In this document: positions 1 to 9,202 of the stretch, piece by piece
Layout of the letters: each line of letters begins with the position of its first letter
Position numbering within the stretch: position 1 is the stretch's first letter
NCBI GenBank assembly: GCA_020793565.1
Contig: DQIP01000236.1
Coordinates: forward strand, 6,069 to 70,068
Direction of reading: 5' to 3'
Length of the DNA: 64,000 nucleotides
Source: Candidatus Methanovorans sp.
GTDB taxonomy: Archaea > Halobacteriota > Methanosarcinia > Methanosarcinales > Methanosarcinaceae
Program-made: the position numbers and the translations under genes
The notes under the pieces: generated by a model
Databases searched by the model: none
What the model saw: only the letters and a program-made list of their open reading frames with translations
Told to the model about the DNA's origin: nothing

Positions 1-300
1 ATGAGCATTGAACTCGCTCCGACAATATCCGGCGCACCTGTCCGCAGGTGGAAGCGGTATGCTGCTTACAGGCATTCGGGGGTGGAGTGGATTGGGGAGG
101 TGCCCGAGGGGCGGGCAGTTAAAATACTTAGGTTTTCATTTCAGTTCTTGGATAATTACCGAATTCCTGTGGCTGGGGAAGATCGTGCTGCTATGGTGAA
201 AATCGGTCCTTATTATGGGGCATCGGGAATCATCGATTATGTTGATGATTAAATTTTTGACGAGAAAATCCAGGGAAAAGAAGGTCAAACATTGATTTAA
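1..300 (+). pseudogene. Type I restriction-modification specificity subunit (HsdS) fragment with in-frame stop
   Basis: Translation reads ...VEWIGEVPEG...RIPV...GPYYGASGIIDYVDD*IFDE. This resembles the conserved HsdS TRD core (YYGA.GI.DY.DDYIFD). TAA at 250-252 sits where the conserved Tyr codon is expected, and a second stop lies at 298-300. The 5' end is cut by the window edge and an IS lies downstream. Confidence 0.55.
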
Positions 301-482
301 ACCCATGTTCTCCAGTATCACGCCAAAAATCACCATTTTCATCCATAAATAACCCCTCGTAACGTCTACTCCTCTCGATTTTCACCAACCGAACATTTTC
401 TAAATTTTTCAGATGTAGAACAGACTTTAATACCACAACCCTTTAATACAATGTGTTTTATATATAATATACAGAACAGACT

Positions 483-2294
483 ATGTATTTACAAAAACAC
501 CCAAGAAAAAAGAAGAATGATACCTACAATTACTACTCAATTGCAGAATCATATCGAGAAGACGGCAAGAACAAAAAAAGGATCATTACATACCTCGGTA
601 AACTCGATCCGGAAAAAGCACAACAAATACGCAACGTGCTGAAAATAAGCATGTCCACTGACACAATCATTACAACCTTTGATGATATGCTTTTCGAAGA
701 TCATTGGCACTACCTTGACATAGCCTTTTTAAACCACATATGGGACAATGAATGCCCCCTCTCGGAACTCTTTCCATCATCAGTAGAAACCAGTAAAAAC
801 CGGAAAAAAGACATATCAACCGGCGATATTGCAAAGATCCTCACCTTCTACCGTTGTCTGGATCCGGGAAGTTATCTCAATGCCGTTGACTGGTTCAAAA
901 CAACAGCTTGTGACCTCATTCTTGGAATTGATGGAGCACATTTCAACGAATCACGAATATACCGTGAACTCACAGTAATCGAGCAACAAAAAGAAAAAAT
1001 TGAGCAATGGCTCTACGAGACACTCAAAGAACGGGATGAGAAGAGCATGCGACTGGTTTTCTATGATCTTTCCGATTCTCATTTTGAGGGGACAAAATGT
1101 GAGCTTGCCAGTCCCGGTCGAACCAAATCACACGGATTCAAAAGCAAAAGGGTCGTTCTTTCACTCCTTGTTAACTCAAAAGGTGAACCATTTTCATGGG
1201 ATATTCTTGAGGATTACACTGCAGATGTCAAAACGCTTACGGGAAGCGCTGATAAATGGGCACAGAAGTTTGGATTTGAGAAAATTACCTTGGTGTTTGA
1301 TCGTGGAATGGTCTCAGACGATAACCTGAAACATCTGGAAAACAGTAAGAAATACCTGTACATTACTGCCCTGGATAAAAACCAGCTATCCGGAGTTGAA
1401 AGAATTAAGTCGGAGAGGTTCAGGAATTTCACAGAAGAAACCACGGAAAAAGAGATAATTTCGATTGGTTTAACCAAATACGATGATAATACATACTACG
1501 AAGATCTAGGGATGGATAGCAGTAACAGGCGGCATATACTGGTGTTTAGCCCGGACCTGCTTAAAATACATCGTAAAGCCAGGGAAATGTTCATAGAAAA
1601 AGCGATCGAGGAGTTGAAGCAAGAGAAACAATCTCTTCTGGAGGCGAAAAAGAGTCGTCAGATAAAACCAACTGAAAAAAGGATTGACAAGATTTTGAAT
1701 AAGTTTAAGGTGAATCAGTTTTTATCTTACCATCTTGAGCCTTCAGTTCTGAATGGGAATGATGGTTCCAAGGTTCAAACATTCAATCTCGTTTACGAGA
1801 AAAAGACAGAAGCGATTAAAAAGGCAATGCTGATAGATGGTATTTGGATGCTGGTTACGAACATCTGTGAAACTACAGAGCCGATGGAGTATAGACTCGA
1901 CCCCAGAGAACTTGTTAAGGCATACAGGGATAAAAATAGGGTGGAGGAAGGATTCAGAGAAGTGAAATCGTTCCTTAAGTTCCAGCCGACATTTGTTTAT
2001 TCGAAGGAACATGTCCGCGCACATTATACGATATGCATTCTGAGTTATTTGTTGGATGTAAGTATCACTAACAGGCTCAGGGAAAATAAGCTGGAAGGTG
2101 TGAGTAGTGTGAATAAAGCTTATCGTATACTGGAGAGATGTGAAATTGGAAAGTTGGGTCTGAAAGGGGATAAATCCCGGATATTGAAACTTACGACCAT
2201 GACAGATGCGCAAAAAAATATTCTAGAGATGTTCAATTGCAAATATTTGGGAACGAACAATCACTTGAAATCGATTGGGGTCAAGGCGGTGTAG
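483..2294 (+). CDS. IS1634-family (IS4-superfamily) DDE transposase
   Basis: 603-aa ORF. The N-terminus (...YYSIAESYREDGKNKKRIITYLGKL) and the C-terminal RVEEGFREVKSFLKF motif are typical of IS1634-type transposases. IS ends were not resolved. Confidence 0.8.
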   Translation: MYLQKHPRKKKNDTYNYYSIAESYREDGKNKKRIITYLGKLDPEKAQQIRNVLKISMSTDTIITTFDDMLFEDHWHYLDIAFLNHIWDNECPLSELFPSSVETSKNRKKDISTGDIAKILTFYRCLDPGSYLNAVDWFKTTACDLILGIDGAHFNESRIYRELTVIEQQKEKIEQWLYETLKERDEKSMRLVFYDLSDSHFEGTKCELASPGRTKSHGFKSKRVVLSLLVNSKGEPFSWDILEDYTADVKTLTGSADKWAQKFGFEKITLVFDRGMVSDDNLKHLENSKKYLYITALDKNQLSGVERIKSERFRNFTEETTEKEIISIGLTKYDDNTYYEDLGMDSSNRRHILVFSPDLLKIHRKAREMFIEKAIEELKQEKQSLLEAKKSRQIKPTEKRIDKILNKFKVNQFLSYHLEPSVLNGNDGSKVQTFNLVYEKKTEAIKKAMLIDGIWMLVTNICETTEPMEYRLDPRELVKAYRDKNRVEEGFREVKSFLKFQPTFVYSKEHVRAHYTICILSYLLDVSITNRLRENKLEGVSSVNKAYRILERCEIGKLGLKGDKSRILKLTTMTDAQKNILEMFNCKYLGTNNHLKSIGVKAV

Positions 2295-2416
2295 AACAGA
2301 TTTGAAAATTGATGCAGTCCACCGATAGATATTTTAATTCATAGTGGCGAAGATGGGCTAAAGGTAAACATTTCTTATCCAATGAGGGGCAGGAGTACAT
2401 GGAACTATCATATTGT

Positions 2417-3688
2417 TCACTTGATATCAAGAATGAATTTCCATACAGGGATCACAGGTATGTTATCCACAACGCCTTCCTCTTCAAATGTCACGATCAT
2501 TGATCTCCCGATCCTGTCGCCGAATTTATCTTGATATTTCTTTACCTGTTTAACAGATTTTTTACTTTTTTTTACTTCAATTATGTCCTGTTTATCATTG
2601 TCAGGCAGTATGAAATCGATCTCAAAACTGTTCCTGTAAAAAAATTTTGCATCCGTATGCGATGCTACAATGTTTTCAAGCATGTAAGGCAGGATCGGTT
2701 CAATATTCCGGTTGAATGCAAATGCAAGGTTTGGTGTATAAAGATAGACTTTTTTCATCTTTCTCATGCTTGCAATGGGACTGCCCCTGTAATTGAAAAC
2801 ATACTTTACAAGAAGCCCGAATTCAAGGTACTCAAAATAATTGGCGATGGTACGGTAATCTTTTCCAAGGTCCTGTGCAATCTCTTTATAATTAACGATC
2901 ATGCCCGGTTTTTTGCAGACCATATATACAAGGATCTTAAGCAACTCAACATCTTTAAGATCAAACTCATCCGGCAGATCCTTATAAATGACTCTTTCAA
3001 TCACATTGTTCAATATGTATTTCCTTGCGAACTCCTCATCCATTTCATCATGAAGTTCAGGAAACATGCCATATTTAAGATATCGATAAAAAAGGGGGAC
3101 CAGTTCATTTTTCCATAGGTCAGGGTTCTCCCTTATTTGTTCCATATCCTTGCCATTCATCTCGATAAATTCCTCAAACAAGAGCAGCCTTATATGAAAA
3201 TCCATAATTCTACCTGCAAGGCTTTCCGTTGATTTCCTTCTGAGGCTGACCGATGCAGAACCCGATATGAATATTTTAATATTTGGATAGAGGTCATAGT
3301 ATACCTTTATCTTGTTCTCCCAATCATCCACTTTTTGTATCTCGTCCAAAAAGATGTATATTTTCCCATCGGCATCATCAAAACTGTTGCCTAAAACCAT
3401 TTTTTGATAAGTTTCAAGCACCTCTTTAAAATCAAATACGATCTCATCGAATGAAAAATATAATATGTTTTTCTTATCAGAATATGCGAGTATATCCTGT
3501 ATGAGCTGGAACATGATTGTGGTTTTTCCGGTTCTTCTCAAACCCCACATGAGTATGACCTGTCTTCGATCGATATATTTTTCAATGTCAGAATAGATGT
3601 GCCTTTTATATGGTTTAAGCCAGGTGTCCTTTACATTTCCTGTTTTCCACCAGGGGTTAAACTGTTCCAGAGTGTCGATCGATATCAT
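2417..3688 (-). CDS. AAA+ ATPase with DUF4143-type C-terminal domain (COG1373-like)
   Basis: 423-aa ORF with N-terminal FNPWW, Walker A GLRRTGKTT, Walker B IFLDEIQ, and a C-terminal half typical of DUF4143 ATPases. Confidence 0.8.
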   Translation of the reverse strand: MISIDTLEQFNPWWKTGNVKDTWLKPYKRHIYSDIEKYIDRRQVILMWGLRRTGKTTIMFQLIQDILAYSDKKNILYFSFDEIVFDFKEVLETYQKMVLGNSFDDADGKIYIFLDEIQKVDDWENKIKVYYDLYPNIKIFISGSASVSLRRKSTESLAGRIMDFHIRLLLFEEFIEMNGKDMEQIRENPDLWKNELVPLFYRYLKYGMFPELHDEMDEEFARKYILNNVIERVIYKDLPDEFDLKDVELLKILVYMVCKKPGMIVNYKEIAQDLGKDYRTIANYFEYLEFGLLVKYVFNYRGSPIASMRKMKKVYLYTPNLAFAFNRNIEPILPYMLENIVASHTDAKFFYRNSFEIDFILPDNDKQDIIEVKKSKKSVKQVKKYQDKFGDRIGRSMIVTFEEEGVVDNIPVIPVWKFILDIK

Positions 3689-3734
3689 AATTACATTCTA
3701 TGCCCCATATGTATATAAACTTAATCACATTGCA

Positions 3735-3796
3735 ATGTTGTTATTTATTAATTTTAACTGCACTTCGATGTTGTTATTTATTGATTTTAACTACAT
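3735..3796. repeat. 33-nt direct repeat, 2 copies plus a partial third
   Basis: ATGTTGTTATTTATTAATTTTAACTGCAC at 3735 is repeated as ATGTTGTTATTTATTGATTTTAACTACAT at 3768. It lies in the AT-rich spacer between the ATPase start and the GC-rich gene fragment. Confidence 0.7.
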
Positions 3797-3870
3797 TAAA
3801 ATGCCATTGTTTCGTGAACTGCTCCCACCTGCTGCTATGCGGTGAGGGAGGAGTAGTTTACTCGCGGATA

Positions 3871-4401
3871 GGTGCCGTCTATTATTGTTCCTACGAGATC
3901 CGTGAACCCATCGAAGTGTGGATAATGCCGCAAGAACTGATGGTTCTGAGTTTCCCCGGTCCGGATCGCTCGATTCGCCTGAAAGACTTGAAACATGGGA
4001 AGGCCGTCTTCCGTCGCTACCGCAACCGCCGCATCGGCGAGTTCCTAAAAGAACTGGACCTCGCCGAAGGCCGCTCCACCGGCATTTCCAAAATCCTGAA
4101 AGTCATGAAAAGCAACGGTTCTCCACCTCCCGAGTTCAAGACCGATGACGATCGCAGCTATTTCCTGATCCGTCTGCCAGTGCATCCGGGGGCTGACTTG
4201 GGCGATTTCGTGAAGACTGAAGATTCAGAGAAAACACAGGTAGAAACACAAGTAGGAACGCGGGTAGAAACGCAGGTAAAAACGCCGGATTTGATTCTAA
4301 GGATGCTGAATGGGAATCCGGATATGACCTTATCTGAGGTCGCTCAGGAGATTGGCAAATCGCTGAGCGCCGTTGAAAGGGCTTCTTCGAAACTAGTATA
4401 A
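3871..4401 (+). pseudogene. C-terminal fragment of a RecG-like/HATPase_c_4 putative DNA-binding protein, cut at both ends
   Basis: The segment EPIEVWIMPQELMVLSFPGPDRSI...RRYRNRRIGEFLKELDLAEGRSTGISKIL...NGSPPPEF..DDDRSYFLIRLPVH matches the conserved C-terminal half of Schlafen/AlbA_2-HATPase_c_4 proteins. The N-terminal domains are missing. It is visibly more GC-rich than its surroundings. The last codons and the stop come from the IS630 terminal repeat. Confidence 0.65.
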
Positions 4402-5639
4402 CGATTCCAAAGTAACATAACAAGACTTATTAACCATGCTGCTCATTAATCTTTATGACATTTGAAAGCAAACGTCCAAAATTAGAGTTGACTGACAAAG
4501 AAACTGAATACCTGACTTCGTTGTGTCATTCAAGAACTGAATCCGTAAGGAGCGTTGAAAGAGCAAAAATTCTGCTTTTGAGTTATCGAGGAAAAAACGA
4601 TTCGCAGATAGCTGGTGAATTGAACACAAACCGTCAAAAAGTAATCAGATGTATAAAAAAAGCTCTTGCATATGGAATTCATGAAGCAATTGAAGATCTG
4701 CCAAGAAGTGGCAGGCCAAGAGAAATTACTCCTGAGGGACGCGCATGGATTATTTCACTTGCATGTATGAAACCAAAGGATCACGGATATCCAAATGAAC
4801 TTTGGACACATGAACTGTTAGCAAAACATATTCGTAATAACTGCACGGATGAAGGATATCCTGAAGCAGTGAAGATATCTTCTGGAACCATCTCGAAAAT
4901 CCTTGGTGCAAGCAACATAAAACCACATAAAATATCATCCTATCTTCATCAACGTGATCCGGATTTTGAACCGAAGAGTGCTGTTGTCTTGCATACATAT
5001 AGGCAGGTAAAATTGTTGAAGGCAATGGATAAAAAAAGCCATAACATGGATGTAGCGATTGTTTCATACGATGAAAAACCCGGTATGCAAGCAGTTGGAA
5101 ATAAATATCCGGATTTGATGCCAGTAGTAGATGAATATCCTACAATTTCACGCGATTATGAGTATGTAAGGCATGGAACTCTTTCTTTGTTGGCGGGAAT
5201 CGACTTGTTAACAGGAATTATCCAATATCAAGTTCGTGAACAGCATCGGAGTGCTGAGTTCGTTGATTATTTAAAGATGATTGATTCATATTATCCAAAA
5301 AAACTTAAAATTGTCGTAATTCTTGATAATCTTAAAGTTCACACATCAAAGGAAACGCAAAAATATCTTGAAAGTGTGCCACAAAGATTTCATTTTGTAT
5401 TTACTCCAAAACATGCTTCATGGCTGAATATTATTGAAAGTTTATTCAGTAAAATGACAAGAAGCCTGTTAAGGGGAATGAGGGTGTCGTCAAAAGAAGA
5501 ACTGAGTGATCGCATAAGTCAGTATTTTGATGATATAAATAAATCCCCGGTCATATTTAAATGGAAGTATAAAATGGATGAAATGCCTGGTGGAATTGAT
5601 GTATGATTTGTGTAATGTGATTTTGGAATCGATACACTA
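4394..5639 (+). mobile_element. IS630-family insertion sequence with imperfect TIRs and TA duplication in a CTAG target
   Basis: The left end (GTATAACGATTCCAAAGTAACATAACA) and the reverse complement of the right end (GTGTATCGATTCCAAAATCACATTACA) match at about 26/33 positions when the flanking CTA is counted. Both ends are flanked as C-TA-[IS]-TA-G. Confidence 0.8.
4455..5606 (+). CDS. IS630-family transposase (HTH + DDE_3)
   Basis: 383-aa ORF with an N-terminal HTH region and a C-terminal block (VILDNLKVHTS...FTPKHASWLNIIE) characteristic of IS630/Tc1-mariner DDE transposases. Confidence 0.85.
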   Translation: MTFESKRPKLELTDKETEYLTSLCHSRTESVRSVERAKILLLSYRGKNDSQIAGELNTNRQKVIRCIKKALAYGIHEAIEDLPRSGRPREITPEGRAWIISLACMKPKDHGYPNELWTHELLAKHIRNNCTDEGYPEAVKISSGTISKILGASNIKPHKISSYLHQRDPDFEPKSAVVLHTYRQVKLLKAMDKKSHNMDVAIVSYDEKPGMQAVGNKYPDLMPVVDEYPTISRDYEYVRHGTLSLLAGIDLLTGIIQYQVREQHRSAEFVDYLKMIDSYYPKKLKIVVILDNLKVHTSKETQKYLESVPQRFHFVFTPKHASWLNIIESLFSKMTRSLLRGMRVSSKEELSDRISQYFDDINKSPVIFKWKYKMDEMPGGIDV

Positions 5640-5922
5640 GTGTCGTGTCAACAATACAATGTTGCTAAACGGAAGGGGTTAAGGGAGATGTAAAAAACGG
5701 CGCGACCATACGCGCTTAAGTGCGGCATGTTCTAACACCATAAATATGAAAAACAGTACTGTTCGTCAGGTTTTTATGTAAAAATGGTGAGTTTTTGGTG
5801 GAACATAAACGGCTTGCGAAAATCGGTGTTAAACGTGGGTTATGGTACCATGATATTATAGTATTATGTGTTATTCTGCGATATTTGCGTTAAGTTGATG
5901 TACCAAAAGTTACTTTTAACGT

Positions 5923-6111
5923 ATGATGAACAAAAAACAACTGGAAATTGTTTCAGCAATTGGCTCGACTCTGGTATTCATAGTACTACTTGTAGGAGTA
6001 AATGTTAGCGGCATGGTGCATAAAGAATACGGTTTTATTGTTGCAATGGCAGTATTTGTGATACTGATATCAGTACTGGGCATTAAATTGACTGAAATTC
6101 CGTCTAATTGA
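5923..6111 (+). CDS. Small two-TM membrane protein (hypothetical)
   Basis: 62-aa ORF with two hydrophobic stretches, lying 26 nt upstream of the YjbQ-family gene on the same strand. Confidence 0.4.
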   Translation: MMNKKQLEIVSAIGSTLVFIVLLVGVNVSGMVHKEYGFIVAMAVFVILISVLGIKLTEIPSN

Positions 6112-6137
6112 AGTAATTATGAATCCGCTATAATGGA

Positions 6138-6566
6138 TTGGTTCCAATGGCAGTGGTCACTAAATATCTTCATTTCGATACGAAAGGTAACACTGATATT
6201 GTCGATATCACGGATGATGTTACAATAGCAGTCAAAGAATCAAGGATCAAAGATGGTCTTGTTACAGTCTTTGCACCCGGGTCTACTATGGGAGTGACAA
6301 CTCTTGAATACGAACCCGGTTTGGTCTTTGACCTGGCACAGGCGCTTGAGAGGATCGCGCCGCAGGATATGGTATACCAGCATAATGAGCGCTGGCATGA
6401 TGGTAATGGTCATTCACATGTGCGCGCATCCCTGCTCGGACAGAGTGAGACATTCCCGGTAATCAATGGTCTGATCGCGCTTGGAACGTGGCAGCAGATC
6501 ATTTGTATAGATCTGGATAACCGACCACGATCTCGGAAACTGGTCGTTCAGGTTGTTGGTGAATAG
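6138..6566 (+). CDS. YjbQ/UPF0047 family protein (secondary thiamine-phosphate synthase-like)
   Basis: 142 aa. The block HDGNGHSHVRASLLGQSETFPV..G...LGTWQQI...D.D is the conserved YjbQ signature. Confidence 0.85.
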   Translation: MVPMAVVTKYLHFDTKGNTDIVDITDDVTIAVKESRIKDGLVTVFAPGSTMGVTTLEYEPGLVFDLAQALERIAPQDMVYQHNERWHDGNGHSHVRASLLGQSETFPVINGLIALGTWQQIICIDLDNRPRSRKLVVQVVGE

Positions 6567-6631
6567 GTAAATGTGCCGATTGGGGCATATGGACTGTCTA
6601 AAAAAGCCATATTTTGACGTATTTGAACTTA

Positions 6632-6830
6632 TAAACTAAAGTGATCGTATTTGTGTAGATGGTTTCGATAAAATGTCGATGCACAGTCCATATATCCAGA
6701 CCCTGTGCAGCAATCCCGCCGCAGGCGGCGGATTCCAAACATTATAATATATATTTCCATGTCGAATGAACCTTAACATCATTAATAATATTGGTATCAA
6801 AAAACGCTAAACAAATACAATAATTCTATA
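6632..6830 (+). repeat. Short copy of a segmental duplication (Block-G); inverted partner at 32232-32705
   Basis: About 175 nt from GTATTTGTGTAGATGGTTTCGATAAAATGTCGATGCAC through GCAGCAATCCCGCCGCAGGCGGCGGATTCC to ATTGGT aligns to the reverse complement of 32540-32705. ATCAAAAAACGCTAAACAAATACAA aligns to the reverse complement of 32236-32262. Confidence 0.8.
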
Positions 6831-6833
6831 AAT

Positions 6834-6948
6834 TATAGAGGCTGTCCATTAATCACGATATCCAACAATATCGATCCTTCTTTTTGTATTTAAATCTAGA
6901 TTTGACCTCATTTTTCCTGAATTTTTGAATTGCAGGACAGCCCCTATT
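6834..6948 (+). mobile_element. MITE (copy A), about 107-bp core with GAGGCTGTCC/GGACAGCCCC terminal inverted repeats flanked by TATA/TAT
   Basis: The TIRs are read directly. A second inverted full copy lies at 56483-56594, and the right 40 nt recur at 42319-42358. Confidence 0.75.
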
Positions 6949-6950
6949 AT

Positions 6951-7014
6951 ACAACGAGAAAATCCTCCATACGGTCGGATTTACTCGGGCTACATAATCC
7001 TATAGATTATATCC
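6951..7014 (+). repeat. Rep-P unit (hairpin segment + TATA-rich palindrome)
   Basis: ACGAGAAAATCCTCCATACGGTCGGATTTACTCGGGCTA followed by CATAATCCTATAGATTATAT. See the family description in findings. Confidence 0.8.
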
Positions 7015-7094
7015 AATAAAAAAAGTGGATGCGTCCAGCCGACATGGCCGGACATGTTTCTCGTAGTATACTATCGATTTTGAAAATTTGGGAT

Positions 7095-7493
7095 CTATGC
7101 CTGTTTCATGATAAAATCAATGAAATCTGAACCAAGTCTGGTCTCTCGTGTCATTTTATCGGCAATATCCTCTTCTGAAAGTCCTTCTGCCCTGAAATCT
7201 GTTATACGGTCAAAGACACTCTTTGATACTTCTGAATACTCATTGATGTCCTTTCTGTGACCCCATACATCGCCTTCCAACAAGTCGATGCCCTGCATAG
7301 TAAGGTACATCTTGGCAGAGCCTGAAATGGTTCTTTTATATGAACTTGGAATATGGAGTGCTTTTACATTTGGACATTTTATTACCAGTGAAAAAATATC
7401 CTTGTTGGATGGCCTGAATGCAAGATGCACGATCTCCTCTTCATTGCTTAACGTTTCGATTTCCTCTTTTGAACTTACAACTCTTATTTTCAT
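7095..7493 (-). CDS. Conserved hypothetical protein (archaeal, about 130 aa)
   Basis: 132-aa ORF with normal composition and no overlapping alternative. I do not recognise the family securely. Confidence 0.5.
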   Translation of the reverse strand: MKIRVVSSKEEIETLSNEEEIVHLAFRPSNKDIFSLVIKCPNVKALHIPSSYKRTISGSAKMYLTMQGIDLLEGDVWGHRKDINEYSEVSKSVFDRITDFRAEGLSEEDIADKMTRETRLGSDFIDFIMKQA

Positions 7494-7750
7494 TTATTCT
7501 ACCTCTATAACTTTATGTGAAATTTAAAAATACTGTAATGTTGCACAACCAATTTTATACACTTGGTCGATTGTTGTATACACACAATACTATATAAAGA
7601 TTATTCAATGATTATGGAAAGTACTATGTGTTTTAAATCCGGATAAACCTGTTAAAACGCTTGTTTGAAAAAAGGTGATTCCAACAGACAGTACCACTAC
7701 ATGGATAAAGAGGAATACTTAAAAGTACTACATATAATAAAAAGATAAGA

Positions 7751-7824
7751 AGCCTCGAGCGTGATTCGAACACGCGACTTAGTGATTACAAATCACTCGC
7801 TCTGCCGGGCTGAGCCACCGAGGC
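7751..7824 (-). tRNA. tRNA-Thr (anticodon UGU)
   Basis: The reverse complement is GCCUCGGUGGCUCAGCCCGGCAGAGCGAGUGAUUUGUAAUCACUAAGUCGCGUGUUCGAAUCACGCUCGAGGCU. It folds as a full cloverleaf: 7-bp acceptor stem, GCUC/GAGC D stem, AGUGA/UCACU anticodon stem with loop UUUGUAA, and GCGUG/CACGC T stem with loop UUCGAAU. CCA is not encoded. Confidence 0.95.
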
Positions 7825-7899
7825 ACTAATAGAATGCAACTCTTAGATACAATCATAGCAAATAAATGTTATGGCAGACGTAACCTATCAGGAATAAAT

Positions 7900-8451
7900 A
7901 TGTGGCAGGAAATATCAAGGATCGGGAAAAAGCTTGTTGACCACGGGCTTGTGGAATCGCACTTTGGAAATATCAGTGTGCGTATTGGGAATAAAATGCT
8001 GATAACCAGGAGTGGCAGTGCCCTTGATGAGCTCACAGAGAACAGCGTGGTCGAAGTTGAAGTTGAGGGCACATCAGGTCTTGACCTGATAGCATCATCC
8101 GAAACCATCGTTCACCGCGAGATATACAAGAACACCTCCGCACTTGGCATCATACATGCACACTGCCAGTTTGCAGTAACAGAGTCGTTGCTCAGCGATT
8201 CTGGTGCTATAGTGCCCGTTGACAGCGAGGGACAGTATTTTCTGCATGAAATCCCAATCGTAAAGGGTGGCATCGGTACACCGGAACTTGCAAAGAACAC
8301 CGCGCGCGCGTTGACTGAACACAAAGGTGCGATTATTTACAGTCATGGTACATTTGCAGTTGGTAAGATACTTGATGAAGCCTATGTGGTCACAACGCAG
8401 ATCGAGCATTCGTGCGCGGTAAAATACTGGTATGATCTTGCACGGCAATAA
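7900..8451 (+). CDS. Class II aldolase/adducin-family protein
   Basis: The sequence GNISVR...LITRSGS...HREIY...IIHAHC...SHGTFAVG is typical of class II (fuculose-phosphate-type) aldolase folds. The ATG at 7900 is preferred over the ORF-track start at 7834, which abuts the tRNA. Confidence 0.8.
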   Translation: MWQEISRIGKKLVDHGLVESHFGNISVRIGNKMLITRSGSALDELTENSVVEVEVEGTSGLDLIASSETIVHREIYKNTSALGIIHAHCQFAVTESLLSDSGAIVPVDSEGQYFLHEIPIVKGGIGTPELAKNTARALTEHKGAIIYSHGTFAVGKILDEAYVVTTQIEHSCAVKYWYDLARQ

Positions 8452-8515
8452 ATACAATAATTGTTGAATGCATACAAAAACATTAAATCAAACAAGCATT
8501 ATCTAAACAAAACAC

Positions 8516-9124
8516 ATGACCTTCAATTACCTAAGACCATTAATGTCAAAATTCATTGACCCAATTGCAAAAGTCTTTGCAAAAGCAGGCATATCTCCAA
8601 ATGTAATTTCTATTATCTCCCTCATATTTGCTGCAATGGCGGGAATATACTTCTATTATTCAAATGGGGAGCCATTCCTGGTGTTAATTGCAGGAATATT
8701 CGTATTCCTTAACTCATTCCTTGATGCAATTGACGGTGCAATCGCCAGGCACCTCAATATAGCAGGCGTAAAAGGTGATTTTTTAGATCATGTGATCGAC
8801 CGTTATTCAGATGTATTCATTATCTGTGGCATATTCCTTGGAGGGCATGTCGAGTGGAAGATAGGTGTAATTACAATTGTCGGAGTCCTGCTTACAAGTT
8901 ATCTCGGCACGCAGGCACAGGCACTTAACATCGGAAGATATTACGGTGGAGTGATGGGGAGAGCTGACAGGCTTACCCTGATAATACTGGCATCCATCAT
9001 ATATTTTGTATATCCGGTTTACATCTCAGGTTTTTCAGTACTTGGCTGGGTTATGGTCGTAATAGCTATTGGCAGCCATATTACCGCTTTACAGCGAATC
9101 ATTCACATATGGAAAAGGCTATGA
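8516..9124 (+). CDS. CDP-alcohol phosphatidyltransferase family membrane protein (archaeal lipid head-group synthase)
   Basis: Motif DAIDGAIAR...G..GDFLDHVIDRYSD (DGx2ARx8Gx3Dx3D) plus multiple TM segments. Confidence 0.85.
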   Translation: MTFNYLRPLMSKFIDPIAKVFAKAGISPNVISIISLIFAAMAGIYFYYSNGEPFLVLIAGIFVFLNSFLDAIDGAIARHLNIAGVKGDFLDHVIDRYSDVFIICGIFLGGHVEWKIGVITIVGVLLTSYLGTQAQALNIGRYYGGVMGRADRLTLIILASIIYFVYPVYISGFSVLGWVMVVIAIGSHITALQRIIHIWKRL

Positions 9125-9202
9125 TCAATTCCAATAAATATACTCCGCTTGATTGTGACTTTTGTTTTTTGGATAACTTAATGTAACAATAAATCCAATT
9201 AG

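Noticed and set aside
2292-2294. TAG stop of the IS1634 transposase as a possible pyrrolysine codon (the host looks Methanosarcinales-like).
   Set aside because: Read-through would add only 6 codons before a TGA. There is no PYLIS-like context and no reason to expect Pyl in a transposase.
414-2305. Direct repeats TGTAGAACAGA at 414 and 2292 (and ACAGAACAGAC at 470) as possible IS1634 target duplications, with nearby AAATTTTTCAGAT / ATTTGAAAATT as TIRs.
   Set aside because: The order of the putative TIR and TSD is inconsistent with a simple insertion, and one copy overlaps the transposase stop codon. The IS ends cannot be defined without other copies.
3700-3870. N-terminal 57 codons of ORF 3700-4401 (MPHMYINLITLQCCYLLILTALRCCYLLIL...).
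   Set aside because: The sequence is produced by the 33-nt AT-rich direct repeat. Homology to the RecG-like family only begins near 3871, so the ATG at 3700 is not a real start.
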